From sequence record OZ196212.1: DNA of 64,000 nt; one strand, given 5' to 3'. A program made the translations under genes and the position numbers. Below are positions 44,771 to 52,737 of the stretch, one piece after another (the first letter of the stretch is position 1; the number at the start of each line of letters is the position of its first letter). The notes under the pieces are model-generated. The model was not told the DNA's origin. It ran no database searches and saw nothing but the letters and a program-made list of their open reading frames with translations.

Positions 44771-45694
44771 ATGAACCGAATAGCGTCATTCAATCGAGTC
44801 GATTCGTCATACGATTACATAACAGATAACGGGCTTGCCAATGTCCCGACAGTATTACAAGCACTGTACAATATGATGATTGCGACTGATCGCGATGTTG
44901 AATACGGAGTTTCAACTGACAGAACCGACGTTCTGTATCTCGGTATATGTTTTGTTGAATATTCATACAACACAGATCGCGAACATTTTAACGATGTCAT
45001 ACGCATGATTGGATCGTCGAATCGCATTGTGATTGTGTATAACTCATGGCAGGTCAAGGGTGCATTGAAATGGATTCGCGATAATGTCAATCTGAGTTCT
45101 TCGCTTGAGCGTGTACTCTCCGCTGATATTGCACTTGCACCGTTATATGAAAATCACGACGTTGAGTTGATAGAGCAAACATTCGGTCATCGCGTGTTGA
45201 CATACAACCCGTCGATGCATATTGATTGCAAAGACTACGGGACATTTACTCGAAACAAAAAACGACAAGTTGTGTATGGAGAGCTTGATATGAATCTCGC
45301 GTCTACGTTTACTCAACGTTTCAATATACCAGAATCAGAATTCTTGATGTTCAATTTCAAAAATGTCATACACGAAAAGCTGTTAGTTGAAAAGTATTAC
45401 AGCGAGTCGTGGTTTGTTTTGATGCCGTCTCACTTGGGTGATACGTGCGGTATGGGTTTCTGGCGTTCGAAAGTACAACACGCGATTAATGTAGGCTCGA
45501 TAATCATCACCGATGAGCATGAATATTGCAATCTCGGTGAAGCATTTCGCTATACGTACGACGACGTTCGCTGTATGAGCGACGACGAGCTTTTAGCGGT
45601 AGCACATGAACAATGTATCGCGTTTGAAATGAACCTCTCAGAGACGCGTACGCTTGCGAATTTCGACCAACAATTGAGGAGTATCAGCTTGTGA
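44771..45694 (+). CDS. GT-B-fold glycosyltransferase-like protein
   Basis: C-terminal VLMPSH..GFWRSK...AINVGSIII.D...F......MSDDEL..A.EQ; loosely similar to phage GT-B enzymes. Confidence 0.5.
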   Translation: MNRIASFNRVDSSYDYITDNGLANVPTVLQALYNMMIATDRDVEYGVSTDRTDVLYLGICFVEYSYNTDREHFNDVIRMIGSSNRIVIVYNSWQVKGALKWIRDNVNLSSSLERVLSADIALAPLYENHDVELIEQTFGHRVLTYNPSMHIDCKDYGTFTRNKKRQVVYGELDMNLASTFTQRFNIPESEFLMFNFKNVIHEKLLVEKYYSESWFVLMPSHLGDTCGMGFWRSKVQHAINVGSIIITDEHEYCNLGEAFRYTYDDVRCMSDDELLAVAHEQCIAFEMNLSETRTLANFDQQLRSISL

Positions 45695-47025
45695 GTAGAA
45701 TCACATTAGCAATTCCGATGGCTGGGATGGGTAGTCGAATGGGTGCGATATCAGAAATCGTACCGAAAGGTTTGATCAACTATCACAATCACACATTCTT
45801 GTATCACATTTATCGTTATTATGAAGACGCGTTCGACGAGTGTGTAGTTACCGTGAACTCGAAATTCAGACCGATGCTTGAGCAGTACGCAGAGAACTTC
45901 AATCTGACGCTGACTATAATCAATGATGATACGTATGACGGTAACTCGAACATTCTGCATCACTGTAAAGGCGATGTGATCTTGAACTGGTGCGATGTTG
46001 TCCCGGTTGACGTTGACGTTCGCGACTTGAAATCAGGCGTCACGGTGTTCACTAAAGACGGTACGGGTCGTTTCGTCTACGATAACGGGGTAACTGAAGT
46101 TTCAACTGACTCTGGTGATTTCTGTGGGATATACGCGATACGCGACTGTGAATATGACATCGTTAATGGTGATTTCGTAGATGTCATGATCGCGAATAAC
46201 TTTGATGTTGATTTGCGCGAGTGTGATGTCGTTGATCTCGGAAGCTTTGATAAGCTTTCTTTGACGCAAGACACGCTACCGACTGCGAGATATTTCAATG
46301 AAATCACATACCATGACGGGGTGATTCGAAAGCGTGCAGTTGGCGACGAGCTTAGTCGATTCAAAATATCTAGAGAGATTGAGGTATTAAAGGAAGGGCG
46401 CGTTGGTTACGTTGAATTGATTGATCATGATGATGATTCATATACCATGCCAGTCTTGTACGGAACGATGCCGACTCGGCTAACACCGCCTATGATCAAC
46501 AAGGGTGATGATGTCAGCGAAGATGATATTCGCGTCGAAATATCTGAGCGAGTTCTATCTAGAATCGAAAGCATCACTGAATATACGCACATTGATATTG
46601 ATGAGCTGCGCGTTAAGTTGCATGAACTTGAATCGTATGTGATAGAAAATACTCATGCTTTCTATGACATACACGGTGATATGATTTGCGACAACGCGTT
46701 CGATACTGACAATGGGGTTGTGTTTATTGACCCGCGTGGTTACTTCGGTAATGGAACACGCGGGCCGATTGAATATGACACGAGCAAGTTTCTATACAGT
46801 GTTAACGGTTACTTTGATTTCAATTACAACGTCATGTACGACGGTGATTTCGAGAAGTACGACAATCACAGTGAAATGTCATTGCTTGAAGAAGCATGGG
46901 TCGCGACTCACTGGCTTGCATTGGCAGGATTCTTCAAGAACAACCCATCGAAAGCAATTGGCGCATATCACATTGGTATGAACAAGTTGTGTCGTTTCAT
47001 CGCGACTCTAAGCGCGTCTCGTTGA
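45691..47025 (+). CDS. nucleotidyltransferase fused to APH/choline-kinase-like domain
   Basis: IPMAGMGSRM...PKGL NTP-transferase start; HGDM..DN and FIDPRG kinase motifs. Confidence 0.8.
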   Translation: MSRITLAIPMAGMGSRMGAISEIVPKGLINYHNHTFLYHIYRYYEDAFDECVVTVNSKFRPMLEQYAENFNLTLTIINDDTYDGNSNILHHCKGDVILNWCDVVPVDVDVRDLKSGVTVFTKDGTGRFVYDNGVTEVSTDSGDFCGIYAIRDCEYDIVNGDFVDVMIANNFDVDLRECDVVDLGSFDKLSLTQDTLPTARYFNEITYHDGVIRKRAVGDELSRFKISREIEVLKEGRVGYVELIDHDDDSYTMPVLYGTMPTRLTPPMINKGDDVSEDDIRVEISERVLSRIESITEYTHIDIDELRVKLHELESYVIENTHAFYDIHGDMICDNAFDTDNGVVFIDPRGYFGNGTRGPIEYDTSKFLYSVNGYFDFNYNVMYDGDFEKYDNHSEMSLLEEAWVATHWLALAGFFKNNPSKAIGAYHIGMNKLCRFIATLSASR

Positions 47026-47540
47026 TTAACGTCGCGCTCAACTAGTATGCACTTCACACCTGCGCAGTTGTCTTCAACGTCGCGTATATTATCGATACGG
47101 TCATCAATGAAGTATTCAACGTTGTCTATTTCATTGATGTACTTTGACTTTGATTCATGAAACTCGATGCTGATCAGCTCGTCAATTAGAGTCGGGAACA
47201 ACGCATTTAAGTTGAATTGTCTATTGCACCATGCAGTGCGACTCCATCCGAACTTGGTAAGCGCGATTATCTTGTGCGTCTTTGCTAATTCGGTAAGGCA
47301 TTCTAAAGCATCTTCATACGCAGGCATGTATCTCGCGCTTGCGTGTTCAGTATAGGCGCCCATCAGCTTACCAATTTCACTATTCGATGCATTGACGAAC
47401 ATTTCACTTGCTCTAATGTCAGTCGGTATCAGTGACAAGTCGTTGAGCTTGTGTGCCATCCCGATATCATTCATGAAAAACGGAAGATTCGATTTCCAAT
47501 TCAAAAGTACCCCATCTACGTCAATTACTATCGTTTTCAT
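46968..47540 (-). CDS. HAD-family phosphatase (T4 gp30.2-like)
   Basis: Start moved to ATG 47540; IDVDGVLLNW, FIDD. Confidence 0.8.
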   Translation of the reverse strand: MKTIVIDVDGVLLNWKSNLPFFMNDIGMAHKLNDLSLIPTDIRASEMFVNASNSEIGKLMGAYTEHASARYMPAYEDALECLTELAKTHKIIALTKFGWSRTAWCNRQFNLNALFPTLIDELISIEFHESKSKYINEIDNVEYFIDDRIDNIRDVEDNCAGVKCILVERDVNQRDALRVAMKRHNLFIPM

Positions 47541-47563
47541 TATAAATATCCATGTAAATAAAG

Positions 47564-47570
47564 TATTTAG
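47564..47570 (-). promoter_or_regulatory. T4-type late promoter-like element
   Basis: CTAAATA on minus strand about 24 nt upstream of ATG 47540. Confidence 0.45.
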
Positions 47571-47601
47571 AATTTTTTTTTGATTTATTTTCATTTTGTT
47601 G

Positions 47602-47630
47602 TTGACAGATGTTGTAGAAAATGTAATTAT
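47602..47630 (+). promoter_or_regulatory. sigma70-type promoter
   Basis: TTGACA, 17 nt, AATTAT, preceded by a T-rich UP-like tract. Confidence 0.55.
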
Positions 47631-47688
47631 GTATACATCAGCTCAACACTGAAACAACAAACAAAACAATCTTTAAAAGGAAGATAAC

Positions 47689-47895
47689 ATGAAAACATTA
47701 AAAACAATCTCTCTAGCAGTATTACTTACATTCGCATCAGCTTCAGCATTCGCAGGCGGCACTATGGGTGGTAACCCTGGCTTCGAAATGTGTAAGATTG
47801 GCGCTATCAAATGTGGTGTACCGCTTAAAGTGAAAACTGAAAAAGCTGAAGCTGTTAAAGTTGAAGTTGAAACTGTTAAGGCTGAAACTAAGTAA
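47689..47895 (+). CDS. small secreted protein (Sec signal, two Cys)
   Basis: MKTLK-hydrophobic-ASAFA|G; CKIGAIKC; K/E/V-rich tail; AAGGA RBS. Confidence 0.8.
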   Translation: MKTLKTISLAVLLTFASASAFAGGTMGGNPGFEMCKIGAIKCGVPLKVKTEKAEAVKVEVETVKAETK

Positions 47896-47910
47896 GCGTT
47901 AACACCATCA

Positions 47911-47942
47911 AAAGCACTGTCATTTGACGGTGCTTTTTTTTA
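47911..47942 (+). terminator. intrinsic terminator
   Basis: aaagcactgtca / tgacggtgcttt stem followed by T-tract. Confidence 0.85.
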
Positions 47943-48033
47943 ACTGAGAAATGTTTATCGGCGTGAAATAGTGCTCTATAATCAAATCTCAATGAACAAT
48001 AATGTTCACAATCGCATATTTGGGGAGTCCATC

Positions 48034-49593
48034 ATGCAAAAATTAAATAAAGTAACACAAGCAATCGGTCAAATTCAAAACATCGGAACAGGCACTAACT
48101 TCATTGGTGCGTCAACTAACATCGTAACGGCAGTTGACAGTTATAAAGTCTCACACTGGTCACAATTCCCACGCGGTCTTGAGATCAGCCAATATTACGT
48201 CGAAAGCCGAGGCGGCAAGTTCGACAAGATTATGGTCGATGGTATTGCACGTATGTGTCGTATTCTCGAAAAGGGTGTTTCGAAAGGTGATGTAGCGTAT
48301 GCGAAGCGATTGTTCAAGAAGCACTTTGGTTCTGAAGTGTTCAACGACAAGGGTTTTGATATCATCGTCAACGAACTGAACGGCAAACTGCCAATCAAGA
48401 TTCGTGCGGTGAAAGAGGGCATCGTCGTGCCGACAAAACACCCAATCTTGACAGTTGAGAACACGGATTCACGTTTCGGCTGGTTACCCGGCTATCTTGA
48501 AACGTTCGTCTTGCGTGCTATATGGTACCCGACTACAGTAGCGACTATTTCGTTTGAAGTTAAGAAAATTATCCGTCAGTACATGAAGAAGACTGTAGAT
48601 GATGAGCTTATCCCTCAACTCGAACCGTTTAAGCTTCACGACTTTGGAGCACGTGGTGTCTCTAGTGCAGAATCAGCAGCGATTGGCGGCTCTTCTCACT
48701 TGAAAAACTTTTTAGGCACTGACACGGTAGAAGCACTGGTTGACGTTGAAGAGCTTTACGGCGATGATTTAGAAGATTTCATCGCGGGATTCTCTATCCC
48801 TGCACGTGAGCACTCAACAACAACAATCTACAAGAAAATGGGCGAAGACCTAGCGTTCTTGAACTCGATTGACCAATGGGGTGGCGGTCTATACGCTTGT
48901 GTAATGGATTCATACGATTACGAAGCAGCTATGGAACGTGTATCAACTGGTCGATTCAAAGAACTGATCATCAGTAAAGGCGGAACGTTCATCGCTCGTC
49001 CTGACTCTGGTGTGCCAGTAGATGTAGTCATGAAAGGTCTAGAAATTCTCGGTAAGAACGTTGGCTACACAGTCAATAGCAAGGGCTACAAAGTGTTACA
49101 CCCTAGCTACCGCATCATTCAAGGTGACGGTGTGAATATCGAAGAGATTCGCAGAATCTTAGACTTCATGGAAGCTAAGGGCTGGTCTGCGGAAAACATT
49201 GCATTCGGCATGGGTGGTGGTTTGCTTCAGCAATCTGACCGTGATACTCAACGATTCGCAATGAAAATGTCAGCAGCAATCATCAACGGTGAATACGTTT
49301 CTGTGTTCAAGATGCCAAAGACTGACCCAAGCAAAGCTTCTAAAGCGGGATTCTTGGATCTTATCGCGGTAAAACCAGACGAGCCAAACCCAGCCGCACG
49401 CGGTTATGTTACTGTCTCGACTGAGAGCTATGAATCACGCGTACACCCGAACAGTGTTATGGTGACTGTGTTTGAAGATGGTGAAACAGTTTACGACTTC
49501 TCACTTGCAGAGGCGCGCCACTTCTCTGACGAACAAGCGAACTTTCTTAACGAAGGCGAGTGGAAAATCAATAAAAAGCCATTAACGGCTTAA
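48034..49593 (+). CDS. nadV: nicotinamide phosphoribosyltransferase
   Basis: Start moved to ATG 48034; TDSYK-like AVDSYKVSH, LHDFGARG, EHS, DSYD, RPDSG, IQGDG, FGMGG, RDTQRFAMK. Confidence 0.95.
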   Translation: MQKLNKVTQAIGQIQNIGTGTNFIGASTNIVTAVDSYKVSHWSQFPRGLEISQYYVESRGGKFDKIMVDGIARMCRILEKGVSKGDVAYAKRLFKKHFGSEVFNDKGFDIIVNELNGKLPIKIRAVKEGIVVPTKHPILTVENTDSRFGWLPGYLETFVLRAIWYPTTVATISFEVKKIIRQYMKKTVDDELIPQLEPFKLHDFGARGVSSAESAAIGGSSHLKNFLGTDTVEALVDVEELYGDDLEDFIAGFSIPAREHSTTTIYKKMGEDLAFLNSIDQWGGGLYACVMDSYDYEAAMERVSTGRFKELIISKGGTFIARPDSGVPVDVVMKGLEILGKNVGYTVNSKGYKVLHPSYRIIQGDGVNIEEIRRILDFMEAKGWSAENIAFGMGGGLLQQSDRDTQRFAMKMSAAIINGEYVSVFKMPKTDPSKASKAGFLDLIAVKPDEPNPAARGYVTVSTESYESRVHPNSVMVTVFEDGETVYDFSLAEARHFSDEQANFLNEGEWKINKKPLTA

Positions 49594-49623
49594 AATGTGA
49601 CGTAGATCACACAAAACAATGAC

Positions 49624-49659
49624 AAAAGGGTTGCTTCGGCAACCCTTTTTGCGTATTAT
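49624..49659 (+). promoter_or_regulatory. terminator hairpin with embedded early promoter
   Basis: aaaagggttgc-ttcg-gcaaccctttt; TTGCTT 49631-49636, 17 nt, TATTAT. Confidence 0.85.
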
Positions 49660-49701
49660 AGCTCTATCGAAACGAAACGACGAAAACAAAGAGAGAACAT
49701 T

Positions 49702-50022
49702 ATGCAACTAACTACTACAATGACTAAAGCGCAAAAACTTAAAGTAATCGAAGGTTTCAACTTTGAACGTGCAACTGGTCAAAGTCAGTACAAATACCGC
49801 AACGGTACTTACATCATGGAAGGTGGTGATACTGCACGTCGTCTTCAACTTGTTTCTACTCTAATCACTGGTAAGCCATGTGAAATTGAAGAAGCATCAC
49901 TTGAGAACTTCGTTGATGTTGTATACATGCAATCTGTATGTGACCGTTTCTTCAGCATGTACAATGATAAAGAAGGTCAAGACAAACTTGGTGCTAAAAT
50001 TCTTGAAAGATTCGCAAAATAA
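49702..50022 (+). CDS. hypothetical early protein
   Basis: 106 aa after gagagaacattATG. Confidence 0.85.
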   Translation: MQLTTTMTKAQKLKVIEGFNFERATGQSQYKYRNGTYIMEGGDTARRLQLVSTLITGKPCEIEEASLENFVDVVYMQSVCDRFFSMYNDKEGQDKLGAKILERFAK

Positions 50023-50025
50023 CGC

Positions 50026-50054
50026 TTGACTCGAATCACCAAAAAGCCGATAAT
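50026..50054 (+). promoter_or_regulatory. sigma70-type early promoter
   Basis: TTGACT, 17 nt, GATAAT; gaaacgaaac leader. Confidence 0.8.
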
Positions 50055-50091
50055 ACTTGTACTGAAACGAAACACACAAAGAGAGAACATT

Positions 50092-50352
50092 ATGACTAAG
50101 CTAACTATCAAGCAACGCACTCATGACTTCGACGGCGAAAAAGAAACTATCTTCACTGTAAATGGCTGTAACATCATCTACTGTGTGTTCACAAGCGATG
50201 GTCGCAATTGGGGTTATCAAGTTCGCTCGTTTGCGGGTGCTGATAACAACAAAGTTGTTGCTACTGGTCGCAACTGGTCAGATGTTCGTTCAAAAGCGCG
50301 TAAGCTTGCACCTGAGCTTTACGCACAACACGCTGCACATCACGGGTTGTAA
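50092..50352 (+). CDS. hypothetical early protein
   Basis: Start moved to ATG 50092. Confidence 0.8.
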   Translation: MTKLTIKQRTHDFDGEKETIFTVNGCNIIYCVFTSDGRNWGYQVRSFAGADNNKVVATGRNWSDVRSKARKLAPELYAQHAAHHGL

Positions 50353-50353
50353 T

Positions 50354-50593
50354 ATGTACGCAATCAAAGCTGTAAGTCATTACGTTCAATTCGTTCTCAA
50401 GACTGTGAGCGTAAGTGGCTTTCCAAAGTATACGCGAATGTATACGTTCAATTTAGCATTAATCACCACGTTCGCTACGCGTGAAGAGTGTCAGAAAATG
50501 ATCGACGAGTACGATCCTAAACCTGACGCTTGTCTGCCGTGGCGAGTATACAAACTAGATGATCACGAAATCAAACAACTGGAGTTACACTAA
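50354..50593 (+). CDS. hypothetical protein
   Basis: Start moved to ATG 50354. Confidence 0.7.
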   Translation: MYAIKAVSHYVQFVLKTVSVSGFPKYTRMYTFNLALITTFATREECQKMIDEYDPKPDACLPWRVYKLDDHEIKQLELH

Positions 50594-51870
50594 TGGGTTC
50601 ATTCAATACAACATGCGCTATCACTCGTACACCAATTCAAGAAGGCGCACTTGCACGTGTATTTTTCCTAGAAATGGACGCATGGGAGCTGAATAACAGC
50701 TATCGAAATGGTCTTATCGGCAACATCATGACTGGTTGTGGCTGTTACCCATGGGATAACTTCAAGATTCTCGGTTTACCTCTTCTCGGTAAGTACGATG
50801 ACTACAATCGCTACGTATTTCAAGACTCTGCGACTGAACAACTGACGTTAGACGCGATTCGCGAACGCTACTTGCCGAATAAAATCGCCGAGGGCAAGAC
50901 GATGGAAGACTACAACAGTTGTCATGATTACATGGAAATTTCGAACATTTCTGACATGCATGAACTGCAAGACATGGAACATTCAAGTGCATTGCGCATC
51001 AAGAGCGTGCATGGTTACCCAACGCACGTCGTTAAAATGGCGATTCACGAAGAAGTGTACCAAATGATGCTTGAAGGTACGATGCGTGAGGGTTGGGGCG
51101 AAGACGCGAAGACGTACACGTTTGCAGACGAAGTACAAGCGTGCCTCAAACAACACACTAACGTTGCGACGGGCTGGGATTCGCTGACAGAAGAGCAGAA
51201 AGATTACATCAATGCAGTACGTGACGGTATGTATGCGAAAGCAGATGCGGGTGAAATCAACGAGCGCACCGAAAAGCCGTATACTCGCGAAGCTACTGAC
51301 ATGCGTGTTGAGCGTCTTATCGAATCATTCGCTGAGGGACTTGATCTCGGTCTTCGTGAACGCACAGAATGGTTCGCCCGAATCGACTTGCGTCAGATGT
51401 TCCGTGATGTCGGTGAAGACGAAGAAGCGACCGATGCTGAACTTCTAGCACTCGCTGAAGCGTATATCGGTGCTAAGTGGTGCGCTCGTTGGATGCAATG
51501 CCACAATTACGAATTCGGTCCCGCGATGACTTGTGGTCAAGACTACGACACGTCATCACACTCAAGCCGTCTACGTAAGCTTGCAGACATCATCGAGAGC
51601 AAGAAAAGCGAATATCACTACGAAGAGGCAGTCGAAGTTAAAACTATTCGTAGCGTGCGTTCTGAGCTGTCAATCGCTGAGATTAAACGTCGCTTCACTG
51701 AATGGTACGATGAGTCTGATACAGAATACAAAGACATGATTGCCATCGTTGACAAGTCAGTTGGTTCGCTTTACGTAGTCGGTGATGAGAGTGACTTCGA
51801 TAAGTTCAGCGAAACATACGGTGTTATTCGTGACTTCGAAGCCGGTGACGAAATTTATATCGTCGAATAA
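50593..51870 (+). CDS. hypothetical protein
   Basis: 425 aa acidic; MGSFNTTCAITRTPI start. Confidence 0.85.
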   Translation: MGSFNTTCAITRTPIQEGALARVFFLEMDAWELNNSYRNGLIGNIMTGCGCYPWDNFKILGLPLLGKYDDYNRYVFQDSATEQLTLDAIRERYLPNKIAEGKTMEDYNSCHDYMEISNISDMHELQDMEHSSALRIKSVHGYPTHVVKMAIHEEVYQMMLEGTMREGWGEDAKTYTFADEVQACLKQHTNVATGWDSLTEEQKDYINAVRDGMYAKADAGEINERTEKPYTREATDMRVERLIESFAEGLDLGLRERTEWFARIDLRQMFRDVGEDEEATDAELLALAEAYIGAKWCARWMQCHNYEFGPAMTCGQDYDTSSHSSRLRKLADIIESKKSEYHYEEAVEVKTIRSVRSELSIAEIKRRFTEWYDESDTEYKDMIAIVDKSVGSLYVVGDESDFDKFSETYGVIRDFEAGDEIYIVE

Positions 51871-51881
51871 TCATTTAGTTG

Positions 51882-51910
51882 TTGACAATGCCAGTGAGAA
51901 AGCCGATAAT
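51882..51910 (+). promoter_or_regulatory. sigma70-type early promoter
   Basis: TTGACA, 17 nt, GATAAT. Confidence 0.8.
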
Positions 51911-51941
51911 TCTCTCACTGGCAAACACAGAGAGAAAAATA

Positions 51942-52661
51942 ATGAAAAAACTATTTACAGCAGCAGCACTAATCGGTTCACTATTCCTAGTTGGTTGTAA
52001 CGAAACAACTGACAACACCGACAACGATCTTTTACTGAATGCATTGCCTGCAATGTCGAAAACTGAAAAAGATATGCTTGATCATTTGACTCAATCAGCA
52101 TACTTGAGCTATCACAACGATACGTATGCAGAGATTATTCGCACTCGTATCACATTCGGTCGCGACGTGACGCCACGCCCCGATGAACTTGTACCGTTCT
52201 GTGATGTAATTGGTACTGTGAACGCTGACGAGAAATCTCGCGATGTTGTGGGTCGTCACTTTACTCTGAATTCTCAGTGGTTCGAGAAATACGGTATCAC
52301 TCTGACTACACAGTGTAATCAAATTCAATACGACAAAGAACAGATTGAACAAGCGCGTCAACGCATGATCGAACAAGCAAAAGCTGACGAACTTGAAGTA
52401 TCAAACTCAGTTGTTTCGAAAGAAGCAGTACGAGTTGAGAAGATTCTAGAAGACACAGTGATCATCAAAGATGAAGCTGTACTGTCACCTGAATTGGTAC
52501 GTGAGCTGCGTCAATCAGTTACTGACTGTAATCGCGCTAAAATCAAACTAATCGGTATCGTTGATTCTGGTGAGACTTTGACAACTACACACTACGATGA
52601 CGTGCAAAGTCTTGTGCTTCAGTGTGAAATGCATCAACTTGAAGTTGAATTGAATAAATAA
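51942..52661 (+). CDS. lipoprotein, paralog B
   Basis: Start moved to ATG 51942; lipobox FLVG-C; PFCDVI, QW..KYG.TL..QC, C.RAK.KL, C.MH.LEVELNK shared with 36619. Confidence 0.85.
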   Translation: MKKLFTAAALIGSLFLVGCNETTDNTDNDLLLNALPAMSKTEKDMLDHLTQSAYLSYHNDTYAEIIRTRITFGRDVTPRPDELVPFCDVIGTVNADEKSRDVVGRHFTLNSQWFEKYGITLTTQCNQIQYDKEQIEQARQRMIEQAKADELEVSNSVVSKEAVRVEKILEDTVIIKDEAVLSPELVRELRQSVTDCNRAKIKLIGIVDSGETLTTTHYDDVQSLVLQCEMHQLEVELNK

Positions 52662-52663
52662 TA

Positions 52664-52685
52664 AAAGCCCTCCGGGGCTTTTTTT
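52664..52685 (+). terminator. intrinsic terminator
   Basis: aagccc-tccg-gggctt plus T-tract. Confidence 0.85.
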
Positions 52686-52710
52686 AGGTCTGAGGTAAAT
52701 CGCAGACACA

Positions 52711-52736
52711 AAAAAGGGAGCAATTAGCTCCCTTTT
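52711..52736 (-). terminator. intrinsic terminator for the minus-strand operon
   Basis: aaaaagggagc-aatta-gctccctttt. Confidence 0.8.
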
Positions 52737-52737
52737 G

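Noticed and set aside
47541-47548. Perfect TATAAATA on the + strand as a late promoter
   Set aside because: It is the complement of the A/T-rich RBS spacer of the minus-strand HAD gene and lies about 140 nt from the next + gene, which has its own sigma70-type promoter.
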